A stretch of DNA of 64,000 bases from Narcine bancroftii (GCF_036971445.1 NC_091476.1:172980001-173044000); one strand, 5' to 3'. Shown: positions 1 through 11,797, counted from the first letter of the stretch. The notes: generated by a model not told the origin, from the letters alone. Numbers and translations: made by a program.

Positions 1-914
1 CGTGGATAATAGAAACAGTGCATTAATCGATCAGGCGGTTGGTCAGTTTTCTGGCCGGGCGTTGCTGACAAGGTTCCGTCACCTGTTCATGCAAAACGCA
101 GGTGCCCCTCTTCACCACCCATAGCACATCTCCTCGGGCAGCCACCGTTGTGGGGTCATCAAAGTCTTCCTCTGCAATGAGCAGCGGATTTCTTCAAACA
201 GCCACTCCATAAAGATTTGCTGGAATAATGGACAAGAGGAGTGGCCATCATAGCGCTCACGAGGGCAGAAGGGGCCCTGTCCCCCAAAGCATCAATGTGC
301 AGCAGTCAGGTCGCACGCTCACACTTTGAGAGGCTGAAAGTGTGGGTTAAAAGCTCCTTGATGGCCACATATTTCCCTTGTTCTGGGGGCTGCTGGAGGA
401 AGTTGATGATACGAATGCAGTGTCTTGATCAAAGGTATTGACCACGTGGTAGTAGCCCAGCGGCTTTAATGCTACAGCGTCGATTGTAGGTTGTTCCTCC
501 ATTGTTGGGTCCAAAATGCCATTTGGACCAGTCAGGGTCACCACTGTAGTGGTGGGGGGGGGGGGGGGGGAGGGGTCACTATACAGTTATAGCTTGAGGT
601 AGAAAGAAGACGCACACCAAGAGAGTGGAATTGACACTGGCTTTATTGGGCTGCAGCTTTGCCTTTTATAGGCAACTGACCAAGTCACCACCAGGGCATG
701 GCTTGAGCAAGGCTGCCTGCTGATTGATTGGTTGTCCCAGATGCGTGGGCCCAGATTGGACCCCCTGTGATCCCCGGCTTGTGATTGGCTGATTTGACCA
801 TTATTCCTGCGGCCTATGGAAGTGGGTGTCTCATCTCACATGCAGTCTGCCCAATCGTCAAGTTCGATGGCTGTTTTCTGTGTCAGTCCACTGAGCGGGA
901 CGCAGGCCGTTACA
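1..914 (-). mobile_element. Gypsy LTR retrotransposon 5' part: LTR 545-914, PBS, degenerate gag
   Basis: Minus-strand LTR TGTAAC...CTACA with TATAAAA and AATAAA, followed by PBS-like TGGTGACCC. gag-like YYHVVNTFDQDTA. Confidence 0.8.
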
Positions 915-959
915 ACCCACAAATTGGTCCACAAAATTCGACTATAACACATTTATAGA

Positions 960-1375
960 AGAAAAACACAAAAGTTTGAAGATACCACAATTGAAGTAAA
1001 AACAGAAATCTGGAGAAACTCAGCAGGACAAACAGCATATTTTATAGACCAATAACTAATATCTCGAGCTCTAGCCCTTCATTAAGGTGTGAGGAAAATG
1101 CAGGCATGCACCTGTACAAAATGGTGGTCGAGGGGCAGGAAAAGGAGCCCAGTCCCACAGGCAGGAGGTAATAGGTGGATAAGGGAGGGAGGGTACACCA
1201 GCAAACAGTGGGGGGGGGGGATATCTCTGTGAATGGAGAAGGTAGGGGGTGGAGAGCTGGAGGAAAGAAGATAGAGGGATAGGGGAGAATGAGCGAGCAA
1301 AACTGGAGAAGTCGATGTTAATACCATCTGGTTGAAGAGTGCCCAGACAGAAAATTAGGTGTTGCTCCTCCAATA
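960..1375 (-). mobile_element. Penelope-like element 3' end / pLTR remnant
   Basis: GIY-YIG-end-like [22 protein letters not shown] and the CTGCTGAGTTTCTCCAG terminal motif also seen at 6790-7260 and 31880-32050. Confidence 0.7.
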
Positions 1376-1427
1376 TTATATGTATAGAAATGGCAAGGTC
1401 ATGAAAAGAATGTCTAATCCTTAGATA

Positions 1428-2631
1428 AGGTTGTCCATGGTCAGGTTGTCCATGGTCAGGTTGTCCATGGTCAGGTTGTCCATGGTCAGGTTGTCCATGG
1501 TCAGGTTGTCCATGGTCAGGTTGTCCATGGTCAGGTTGTCCATGGTCAGGTTGTCCATGGTCAGGTTGTCCATGGTCAGGTTGTCCATGGTCAGGTTGTC
1601 CATGGTCAGGTTGTCCATGGTCAGGTTGTCCATGGTCAGGTTGTCCATGGTCAGGTTGTCCATGGTCAGGTTGTCCATGGTCAGGTTGTCCATGGTCAGG
1701 TTGTCCATGGTCAGGTTGTCCATGGTCAGGTTGTCCATGGTCAGGTTGTCCATGGTCAGGTTGTCCATGGTCAGGTTGTCCATGGTCAGGTTGTCCATGG
1801 TCAGGTTGTCCATGGTCAGGTTGTCCATGGTCAGGTTGTCCATGGTCAGGTTGTCCATGGTCAGGTTGTCCATGGTCAGGTTGTCCATGGTCAGGTTGTC
1901 CATGGTCAGGTTGTCCATGGTCAGGTTGTCCATGGTCAGGTTGTCCATGGTCAGGTTGTCCATGGTCAGGTTGTCCATGGTCAGGTTGTCCATGGTCAGG
2001 TTGTCCATGGTCAGGTTGTCCATGGTCAGGTTGTCCATGGTCAGGTTGTCCATGGTCAGGTTGTCCATGGTCAGGTTGTCCATGGTCAGGTTGTCCATGG
2101 TCAGGTTGTCCATGGTCAGGTTGTCCATGGTCAGGTTGTCCATGGTCAGGTTGTCCATGGTCAGGTTGTCCATGGTCAGGTTGTCCATGGTCAGGTTGTC
2201 CATGGTCAGGTTGTCCATGGTCAGGTTGTCCATGGTCAGGTTGTCCATGGTCAGGTTGTCCATGGTCAGGTTGTCCATGGTCAGGTTGTCCATGGTCAGG
2301 TTGTCCATGGTCAGGTTGTCCATGGTCAGGTTGTCCATGGTCAGGTTGTCCATGGTCAGGTTGTCCATGGTCAGGTTGTCCATGGTCAGGTTGTCCATGG
2401 TCAGGTTGTCCATGGTCAGGTTGTCCATGGTCAGGTTGTCCATGGTCAGGTTGTCCATGGTCAGGTTGTCCATGGTCAGGTTGTCCATGGTCAGGTTGTC
2501 CATGGTCAGGTTGTCCATGGTCAGGTTGTCCATGGTCAGGTTGTCCATGGTCAGGTTGTCCATGGTCAGGTTGTCCATGGTCAGGTTGTCCATGGTCAGG
2601 TTGTCCATGGTCAGGTTGTCCATGGTCAGGT
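1428..2631. repeat. Perfect 15-bp minisatellite (GGTCAGGTTGTCCAT)x~80
   Basis: Directly visible; no variant units seen. Confidence 0.99.
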
Positions 2632-3265
2632 AAGCTTTACTTTTATCCCCAAGCAGATCATTCACTCTTACAACAGCATGTTTGAAGCAACATCTTTCTT
2701 TTGATTAACTGTGAATAACTGTACCCAAAACAAGAACTCGTTTAAAATTATTCCTTTAGATTTAACTCAAATGGCAATATTTAAACTGAGCTCATAATCA
2801 ATACTGTCTTGACTAAATGGTATCAAATCTACAAAATACAATGCAGTGAATTATCCCCTGTAGCCAGTACTGCACACACAAGCAATCACGTACAAAAACA
2901 GATCAGTAACAGCTCTATTTCACAAAAGCCAAATGAAGATCCCAGGAAGTCGCAAAGTACACATTCTTCTTGTTTCATCCTGATCAACTCCATTTGGCAA
3001 AAGATATCACACACAACCAGAGTGAGTGACAATAGGCCTCTTCACATCTATGCTCAGACCTGCATTGTTCTTGGAGCAGATCTAGGTTTCTTATCTTGAA
3101 CCAGGGACAACCAGTACAGTAAGTGTACAACAGGAAGCCAATCAGTAGATATAGTGAGCAGCTGGAAGTGTGTGCTTAGCATGCCCAAATACACACAGGA
3201 GATACAATAGTTTCTTCAGAATCCAAATTTTGAACCAACAACAGATAAGGCACCAGACTGTGTGT

Positions 3266-3271
3266 TTTATT
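3266..3271 (-). terminator. Candidate YRDC polyadenylation signal AATAAA
   Basis: tttatt on + strand, ~30 nt after the stop codon. Confidence 0.5.
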
Positions 3272-3299
3272 TTATACGTCGGAAAGAAACCATTTTCTG

Positions 3300-3366
3300 T
3301 CAGTTTTCGTACTGCAAACACAATCCATGCTCCTTCTGGAGGGTTTCCACTGTGGCAGTAAATGCA
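3300..3366 (-). CDS. YRDC: YRDC last coding exon (C-AFTATVETLQKEHGLCLQYEN*)
   Basis: acAG acceptor completes the split TG|T Cys codon. Resembles the human C-terminus CALESTTAILQQKYGL. TGA stop at 3300-3302. Total CDS 747 nt. Confidence 0.93.
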
Positions 3367-3669
3367 CTGTTCATGGAGGTGGAAAAGGAGAATGAATTAG
3401 ATCTTTGATCAGTAAACTCCCAAACAATGCAAGATCTTTACAAGCAACACTTTTCTATTATGTGCCAGCAACGTAAAGGGTCAAAGAAAGGGTACGAGAT
3501 GAAGTTAATTAGCAAAAGAAGAGGGGAAATGAGAAGTTCTTTTTTAAAAAAAGCAGAGCAAGTTGAAGAAAGAGCAGATTCAGCCCAATGATTTGGATTG
3601 TGCAATGAAATCTACACAATCCACTGCACAAGTTTATAGGTCTGTCTCAGCGAAAAGTTAGGACACAAT

Positions 3670-3742
3670 TTAAAACTGTGGAGCACAGGGGCAAATAAAG
3701 GAAAAATGTGTCTTTGTCCCAAACATTATGGAGGGCACTATA
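3670..3742 (-). mobile_element. Tc1-like terminal inverted repeat fragment
   Basis: Reverse complement reads TAGTGCCCTCCATAATGTTTGGGACA...TTTGCCCCTGTGCTCCACAG; same family as 13400-14110. Confidence 0.65.
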
Positions 3743-4076
3743 GAAAGAGAAATTCCATAAATATTAAGCTATAGAATTCATACAGTATAAAGTTTATATA
3801 AAAAAAAAGAAACCCCAAGCCTGGCGCTTCAAAACAGATCAGAAAAAAATATGCATGGAACACATTGCTATAAAGAAATAAAGCCCTGAACGTGTACATG
3901 AAAGTGCGCTCACCAGCAGGATTGTAACCAACAGGCATTTTATGGAGTCAGCATACAAAAGATCCGCCTTCGCCTGGCCATGAATCCAGTATAAGAACAG
4001 TGAATAATCAACTGTCCAGAGTTGGAATTAATGCCCTACTTCAGAGTCTAAAATGGCGATCATAATAGCAAACTCA

Positions 4077-4352
4077 TCATATTAAAATCAGAGTGGGACT
4101 GGAGTCGGATAACAAGTTGGCCTGCAATTGTTTTAAATGCAACGATGCCCATAGATAAAATAACCTTCAACAACACATAATTCAAGCATATCCACCTGAG
4201 CAAAGGTTGGCGACATGGGTGGATGTCGGTACAATCCAAGCAAACAGCTAAAAATACAGACTGTCGGTAGTAGTTAAAGGATATGAATTGATGAAAGTTA
4301 GTAAAAAGCATTGAGGGAGTATTACTTTTTCAAAATGCCCATAAAATGATGA
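4077..4352 (+). repeat. Local direct duplication, copy 1 (copy 2 at 6389-6651)
   Basis: Near-identical sequences; copy 2 lacks 12 nt plus 1 nt. Confidence 0.95.
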
Positions 4353-4425
4353 TCTGGAGAAAGTAAAGCAGAACCAAATGGAATGTGCTATCAAATAGCC
4401 TCCTGTTGTTGGAGAGGATACTTAC

Positions 4426-4568
4426 CAACCAGGCCTGATAATGCTGTATTTTCCAGGTGTAGCCAAGTTAACCACCGTTGAACCCAACCGACACTCAGGG
4501 TCCGTCATATCACCAATAGGCCCACCGTCGACAACAAGACCCAACAAAGGCCAAATGTCCTTAAATTC
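4426..4568 (-). CDS. YRDC: YRDC coding exon 5 (EFKDIWPLLGLVVDGGPIGDMTDPECRLGSTVVNLATPGKYSIIRPG)
   Basis: DGG...GSTVV...IIRPG motifs. tgtAG acceptor, GTAAGT donor. Confidence 0.97.
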
Positions 4569-5939
4569 CTACAGGCATTTGAGAGAAATTATATCTGTCA
4601 GATTTAATTTCTTTTCTAGTTTCATCCATATACAATAGGAGAGCAGCATCAGTAATCAACAGCAATTGTACCTTTGATATTATTCAGAAACCTACTTACA
4701 AATTTAGACCAGTCTGTCAAAATCAAAACCTGCCAGTTTAAAAACTGATTGAATATCTAGTCTCAATTAGAAAAGACAACATCTTGGCATAGCTAAGGTC
4801 ATTAATGGAGAGGACGGCAATTGTAATGGGAGGCTCACTCAGCAGCCAACTGCACATGAAGTGTGGCACTTATCTGGAATGGTAAGTATTTCCTGAGACT
4901 AATAGGAAGTGTAAATAAAACTCACTAAAAACACAGAATCAGGAATCAAGTGGGAGATGCCCCACAGTCCATCTAAAAGTTCCAAAAACTTAAATGACAG
5001 CAGTACATCAGGAGCAATAGAAGTGACACTCGATTTTGTGAAAATGGCATCCTGATTTCACTCTAATTTTGAATCTTTGCACAGACTCTTCCACAGGAGG
5101 AAATGTAGAAAACAAACTAAATATTTTATTAACATAATCAACATGACACAGTTGGCAGCCATTAAGCCACCAAGTTATCTGTAATCTTATATTGTCCCAT
5201 TCCACAGCATTTTAAACACCTCAAGTAAATGTTCTGAGTTCAAGCAAACCTCCACTATAATTCAGCTTTTAAACTGAATCTGGTGATTGTGTGCTGCATT
5301 GTCAAAGCCATATTTTACAAAAACATTTTTCAAGGTGAAAGACTTCTACTTTTGCCTCCACAGCACACGACTTGCTCTACCAATCTAGGTGAAGATGGTG
5401 GGCAGGCACTTTCTTGAGCAGTGTTGAGCACAAATATTATTTGCCTGTCAGCCCATTACCAAATGTCTTTTTGCTTGCAAGCTTCGACATGCTCCTTGCA
5501 AAACCGTTATAAATGGGGACTGAACATAGCAACCACCAAGCCTTCTGACCTTAAAGACAGAAGGTCATTAATAAAGCAGATGATAAGCATGAAAATTCTT
5601 CCAGAACTCCCTGGGGCAGAATTATCAACAACTATTATCTTTTATTGTACGAGGTATAACTCCAACATTGGGGCTTCTACTCTTGAATCCTGATGAGTTG
5701 TTTTCCCAGGACTCCTGAATGCCACAGTTGGCCACACTTTAATGCTGGGATTTAGCTCTTTGATTAATGTTTGGAACAAGGATGCAGTTCAATGGTCTGA
5801 CCAAAACTCAAACTGGGCATGTAGAAACTAAGTGCCACTTGATAGCACTGAAGTTTACAGCATTGCAGCGGACACGTTCCATAACTTTATTGTGTGCTTA
5901 AAGATTAATAAAAAGGTAATTTTACAAAATAATAATATT

Positions 5940-6730
5940 GAGTACATAAGTTGAGATGTGAAATTGTACAAGACATTGGTGAGAACCAATTTGGTTTATT
6001 ATGTGCAGTTTCAATCACCAAGAGGAAAGATATCAATAAAATTGAAAATGTGCAACACAAGGATGTTGCTGGGACTTGAGGAACTGAGTTATAGGGAAAA
6101 GTTGAATAGGTTAGGATTTAATTTCCTGAAGCATTAAAGAATGAGGGAAGATTTGATAATTACATAAAATTAGGTGGGATTATAGATAGGGTAAATGGAA
6201 ACAATGTTTTTCCAGAGAGGTTGGGTGAGACAAGAATAAGAGGACATGGGTTAAGGGTGAAAGATTAAATGTTTGAGGGGAACTTCTTCACTCAGAGGGT
6301 GGCAAGAGTATGGAACAAGCTGCAGCAGAACTGGTGGATGCAGGTTTGATTTTGACATTGAAGAGTAAATAGGTACGTGGATGAAATTTCATATTAAAAT
6401 CAGAGTGGGACTGGAGTCGGATAACAAGTTGGCCTGCAATTGTTTTAAATGCAATGATGCCCATAGATAAAATAATCTTCAACAAGCATATCCACCTGAG
6501 CAAAGGTTGGCGACATGGGTGGATGTTGGTACAATCCAAGCAAACAGCTAAAAATACAGACTGTCGATAGTAGTTAAAGGATATGAATTGATGAAAGTTA
6601 GTAAAAGCATTGAGGGAGTATTACTTTTTCAAAATGCCCATAAAATTATGACGGCTGTGGTCAAGGTGCCGTTTAATGGGACTAGGTGTATTATAGATGG
6701 GCCAGTTTCTGTGCAGTGGTGTTCTATGGT
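5940..6730 (+). mobile_element. Degenerate CR1 LINE 3' fragment
   Basis: Resembles the 38930-39530 CR1 C-terminus (LYKTLVR..., GNFFTQRV..WN.L, GGGACTAG). Confidence 0.8.
6389..6651 (+). repeat. Local direct duplication, copy 2, embedded in a CR1 3' end
   Basis: Matches 4077-4352; CR1-like sequence on both sides. Confidence 0.95.
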
Positions 6731-6789
6731 CATTTGAATGATTCAATTTGTCTTGCTTTTTACGAACAGACAAAGCCAATTACCTAGGG

Positions 6790-7260
6790 GTAAAACACAG
6801 GAATCTGTTGACACCATGGTAAGTGAAAAAACACACAAATGCTGGAGAAACTCACCAGGTCAAACAGTGCCTTTACGTAGCAAAAGATACATCAACTTTT
6901 TGGGCTTGAGCCCTTTATCAAGATTTGGGGGGAACATGAGCGATGTCCGAACAGAAGGGGGAAGGGGTGATGGAGGAGATGAAGGTGGGGGGTGGGGGGG
7001 AGGGAGGAAGTCTAGGCTAGGTGGAGATAGAAAGGAAGTAGGAACTGGAATAACTAGTTTAGGGTGGGGGGGGGGGATGCAAAAAAAGGCAAGCTAATTA
7101 TTGGAATGCAGTGAACTCAGTGTTCATGCCCTGGGGTTGGAGTGCCCAAACAAAAAATGAGGTTGTTCCTCGAATCTGCGGGTGGTCAAGGTAGGGTAGC
7201 GTGAAAGTCTATGGACAGACTTGAGCTTGAGAGCGTGACTAAGAATTGAAATGGTTGGGT
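6790..7260 (-). mobile_element. Penelope-like 3' fragment
   Basis: FEEQPHFLFGHSNP-type degenerate GIY-YIG end plus the shared terminal motif. Confidence 0.65.
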
Positions 7261-7269
7261 ATGATGAGG

Positions 7270-9313
7270 TCCCATTGGGGTCACTAATGGGGTCTCTGTT
7301 TTCCAGCAGGAGACGGACCACATGGTAGACCGGTACAACCTAAGAGCAACCTTTCTGTACTTGGATGTCACCATCTGAGGCCACAACCTGCAGGACCACA
7401 ATGACAACCTGGAGAGAATTCTCCCGACAGCCAAGGAGCTGAACCTCACTTACTACAAAGAAAAGTGAGTGTTTTGCACCAACCGCCTCGCCACCCTAGG
7501 GTACTTTGTGGAACATGGTGTCATTGGTCCTGATCCAGAACGCATACGCCCACTAATGGAACTGCCCCTCCCCCACACGCTCAAGGCCCTCCGCAGTTGC
7601 CTTGGACTTTTCTCCTATTACTCCTAGTGGGTCCCTCGTTTCTTGGGCAAGGTCCACCCACTGGCCCAAGCCACCACCTTTCCTCTCCCCCTGAGGCGGG
7701 AGCAGCTTTTGCCCACATCAGGCAGGACATCACCACGTTGCTGCCGTGGACGGGGACACCCCATTCCAGTTGGAGTGCGATGCCTCTGATGTTGCCCTCG
7801 CAGCCACCCTCAACCAAGGGATGGGGTGACCCGTGGCCTTCTTCTCCACGACCCTCCAGTTCTGAGCTCGGTCACTCCACCATTGAAAAGGAGGTCCAGG
7901 CAATCGTGGAAGCGGTCCGCCACTGGCGCCACTACCTGGCTGGCAGAAGGTTCACCCTCCTCACTGCCCAATGTGCACTGGCTTTCATGTTCAGCACCAC
8001 CCATAAGGGCAAGATCAAGAGCGCTAAGATCTTGCGCTGGAGAGTCGATCTGGCCACGTTCAGCTACGACGTCAATGCCCTGTCCTGGAACTGTGCCACT
8101 GTGCAGTCTGACCAACTGCAGGCACTACTCAACACCCTTTGTCGACCGGGCGTCGTGCGCCTGCACCATTTCATCAAGTCCCGGAACCTCCCCTTCACCG
8201 TCCAAGAAGTCTGGACCATGATCGAGTCGTGCAGGGTCAGTGCGGAGTACAAACCACGCTTCTTCTGCCCACCACAGGGACACGTCATCAAGGACACTTG
8301 GCCCTTCAAAAGGCTTAGCATCTACTTCAAGGGCCCCCTGCCTTCCATGAATAAGAACATCTACTTCCTCGCAGTCATGGATGAATACTCTCGTTTTCTC
8401 TTTGCCATCTCTTATCCTGACACCTCCACAGCCACCGTTATCAGGGCACTGACGCAGATCTTTACCATGTTCGGATACCCAGAATTCATCCACAGCGATT
8501 AGGGGTCTGGCTTCATGAGTGAGAAGCTGCGCTAGTACTTGGTAGCATGAGGCTTTGCAACTAGCTAAAACCCGAAGGGCAACAGGCAGGTGGAGCGTGA
8601 AAACTGGGTGATCTGGAAGGCAGTCCTCCTGGCCCTGAGGTCCAAAATCTGGTCCATTGACTACTGGCAAAAGGCCTTCCCTGAAGCACTCCATGCTATA
8701 AGATCGCTCTTGTGCACGGCTACTAATCAGACCCCTCACGAGCACTTTTTCTCGTTCCCCAGGAACGAGAAAAAAACTTGGCTCACATCTCCGGGACCGG
8801 TGCTCCTCCGCAAACACTTGCGGGACCACAAGGCTGACCTGCTGGTCGAGCAGGTGCTCTTCCTCCACGCCAACCAGAACCACGCCTACATCAGGTACCC
8901 CAGTGGCTATGAGGACACCGTCTCGACCAGGGATCTGGCACCAGCACCCCCTCACCGACCTTTGACCAAGAGCAAACCTTGCGACGGCCGCCAGACTGCC
9001 TGAATCTGTAAATACCATTCTGTGCCATTTTTACACACCACACCCCCTCCCCAGGACAATTTTAAGAAGGGGGTGAATGTGATTATACGACCACTAGCCT
9101 ACTGCAGGGGGTGATCTCTGTACCAGCAGGAAGAACACCCAAGGGGCTGACTCCACCTGGCCAGCTGTCAATCAGCCGACCTGCATATAAACCTGAGCCA
9201 GCCACACGGGGAGCCTCCAAGCCTTGAACTGGCATTCAGACCTTTACAGGAATAAAGCCCGTTGAACAGTCTTTTGAGTTTTGTGCTTGCTTGCTGGACC
9301 TCAGCGCACCACA
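7270..9313 (+). mobile_element. 5'-truncated Gypsy element: RT/RNase H/integrase remnants, PPT and 3' LTR (9078-9313)
   Basis: RNase H (STIEKEVQAIVEAVRHWRHYL) and integrase (FKGPLP...DEYSRF...IHSD) motifs with stops. PPT AAGAAGGGGGTGAA followed by TGTG...CACA with TATAAA and AATAAA. Confidence 0.92.
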
Positions 9314-9884
9314 CACACCCAAAGCAGAAATGCTTCATCCAGACTGCTCCCAGATCCCCTGAACTCAGCCATTTCTTGAAAACACAAAATTAATCAATTT
9401 CGGCAGAACAGCATTTGTGACGATTGGGAAGGAAGCTGAAAGAAGCGATCTCCCACATGGCTCTTCTGGAATAAGATGATTGCTACTGATTCAGCCTCAT
9501 CTTTAGCATTCAAACGATGGGTCCTATCATTTTGTGGAATTCTATTTGAATAAAAGTGGCAGGACTGAAGTGGCTAATTTTATCTGCTGATTGAACTCTG
9601 CAAGTAGTTCCATTTTATCATCTCTTTTGCGGTAAACCTGGTTCTCCAACATGCTCTTTCAGTAGGTACCAGATGACCCCTGGCTTGATTGTAAATAGAC
9701 AGAGATATGCTGGGACAAAATGATAGTGGGGAATGATGGTGTATACTTCTGATGCTTTGCGGTGAGTTACCATATCTATTTGGAAACCTATCCCATTTAT
9801 CATTTATTATTTACATGTCTGTAAATAATTTATATCAATGTCCCCCTATGTGTTGCTCACTTTCAAATGAATGGATAATTTGAT

Positions 9885-10270
9885 CAGAATCAGAATTTAT
9901 TGTCATGAACAAGTATGAAATTCTGTGTTTTACTGCAGCGTCTTAGCGCAGACATTCATATTATGAACCATCTGACAACACTAATATAAAATAAAAGTAA
10001 TAATGAACGAAAAGTAAGGCCGTATCTTTGGTTCATTAATTATTTAAGGATCTGATGGCAGCGGGAAGAAGCTTATGCCACTGAGTGCTCGTTTTTTAGG
10101 CTCCTGTACCTCCTTCCCGATGGTAGCAGAGTGAAGAGGGCATGGACTGGGTGGTCGGGGTCTTGGCGGATAGAGGCTACTTTTTTAAGACACCGCCTCA
10201 TATAGATGTCCTCGAAGGAGTGAAGTCTGGCAGCTATGATGTCGCAGGCTGAGTTAACAATCCTCTGGAT
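9885..10270 (-). mobile_element. LINE (Rex-Babar/L2-like) 3' fragment
   Basis: atcagaatcagaatttattg tail and a reverse HPVHALFTLLPSGRRY-type C-terminus. Relatives at ~14665-15010, 26000-26420, 27340-27640 and 60270-60960. Confidence 0.65.
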
Positions 10271-10284
10271 TTGTGATTATCACA

Positions 10285-10525
10285 GCTTAGTGTAACAGTT
10301 AATGCCAACACTATTTCCGTACCTGTGATTGTGGTTCGAATCTGGCACTGTCTGTAAAAGTTTGTAAGTTCTCCCTGTGTCCATGTGGGTTTCCACCGGG
10401 TGCTCCAGTTTCCTCCCACCATTCCAAAAAGTACCAGGGTGTAGCTCAATTGGGCTGCAAGGGCTTGAGGGACGAAAGGGCCTGTTACTGTGCTATGTGT
10501 CTAAATTTAAATTAAAATAAATTTA
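10285..10525 (+). mobile_element. tRNA-derived V-SINE (HE1-like)
   Basis: B-box GGTTCGAAT and V-core GTGGGTTTCCACCGGGTGCTCCAGTTTCCTCCCAC. Further copies at ~16900-17080(-), 28200-28385, 29560-29790, 52270-52455(-), 57160-57310(-) and 60655-60820. Confidence 0.8.
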
Positions 10526-10804
10526 AAACTAGAGGCGGCGTCTTTCCATAGCAAGCTTTTCGTTCACTGCAGTGCTCGGACACTATCGATCTTAGGATTC
10601 CTCTAGCAATATCAAATAGCTGTTTGACTAGAATTGGCAGGACTGAATTTTATCTGCTGATTGAAGGAGCACATCTCTGATATTCTCTGGCTGTTTGCCT
10701 CAGGGAATACAACTAAATGCAGTATATTTTTGGGGCTGCAGAATTCTACAAAATGTGGGTCATCAGACTGCCCCAATTATTCTTTTTTTTTTAAAATCAA
10801 ATGA

Positions 10805-11276
10805 CCATATATACTCGTGTAATAGTCGACCCCCTTTCTTTGATCCAAAATTTGCATGTTTTCCAAAGACGATCCCCCATTTTTGGCCCTGACCATCTAC
10901 CGGAGCTCCCGTCGCCCTACACGTGGATCCTCGCCTCTGAGCTTCCGACACCCCAACCACCCACTCATCCGAGCTCTCAATACTCCAACCACAGACCCTC
11001 TTTCTAGCCGCCCACCTTCCATAGGTCCCGCCGCACTGGCCACAGACTTTCTCTAAGGCCCCGGCCGCCTGCCCATCCGAGCTCCTGATGCCTGCCCATT
11101 CGAGCTCGACGACCTGAAGACGGACTTACCACCCAGTCCCAGCCATCTGTGCTCCCGATGCCTTGGACGACACACGTAATTACCGTGGTCAAAAGTATGA
11201 CTTGTAAAAGTTGTCCCCCCCAAATTTGACTTGAAAAATTGGTCCATAAAATTCAACTATTACAATGGTATACAAG
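10805..11276. mobile_element. Non-autonomous TcMar (pogo/Tc2-like) MITE
   Basis: Imperfect TIRs CCATATATACTCGTGTAATAGTCGA / TCAACTATTACAATGGTATACAAGG. The right end is also seen at 918-958. Confidence 0.6.
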
Positions 11277-11677
11277 GAACTCTGTAATTATTGCTGTCTT
11301 GAGAAATGGAAAGAAGAACTATACATAAATTTCCAATAAAGATGCTTAAAGGAAAATTCAGTTTTTCAAGAGCATGAGGGCATCTGGCAATATTTACAAT
11401 TCATCCCCCAATCACCTGCTTTAACTATTATGTCAATTCCTTGCAAAAGAACAGGCACTTGATCAATACCAAAAGTCATTATTGCCTGATGAAATACTCC
11501 AGATCACCCAGGATTCTGCCTGACCCACTGAATTCCTCCAGCAACTCAACGCTTACTTTGGATCAAAACTCTGCTTCCTGGCAAGGTGATTCAGGGGAGG
11601 ATTGAACAATTATAAAAAATGTACAAATCAAATCTCACGCAATTTAAAATTGTTTCCTTGTAATGAACAATACACAC

Positions 11678-11797
11678 CTCTGGAGTCAAAGTGCTGGTGT
11701 GAGAGCTGACATTAGCACTTGTCAAAGCCAGAGGTTCGCCACACAATTGTGCCAGTTTCTGCATAAACGGATGCTTTGGAATACGTACGCCCACCAA
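11678..11797 (-). CDS. YRDC: YRDC coding exon 4 (LVGVRIPKHPFMQKLAQLCGEPLALTSANVSSHTSTLTPE)
   Basis: GxRIP and TSAN motifs of the YrdC fold. AG/GT boundaries, 120 nt. Confidence 0.97.

Noticed and set aside
1428-2631. CRISPR-like array
   Set aside because: No spacers, a pure tandem repeat, vertebrate context and no cas genes.
1431-2633. (SMVRL)n plus-strand ORF
   Set aside because: Automatic consequence of a 15-bp stop-free unit; weak Kozak context (T at -3) and no unique coding flank.
4077-4352. Possible intronic snoRNA pair
   Set aside because: No correctly arranged C/D or H/ACA boxes on the transcribed strand; better explained as a DNA-level duplication.
7597-9018. 301-aa and 297-aa ORFs as host or domesticated genes
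   Set aside because: These are frameshifted Gypsy pol with stops in integrase, plus its antisense shadow.
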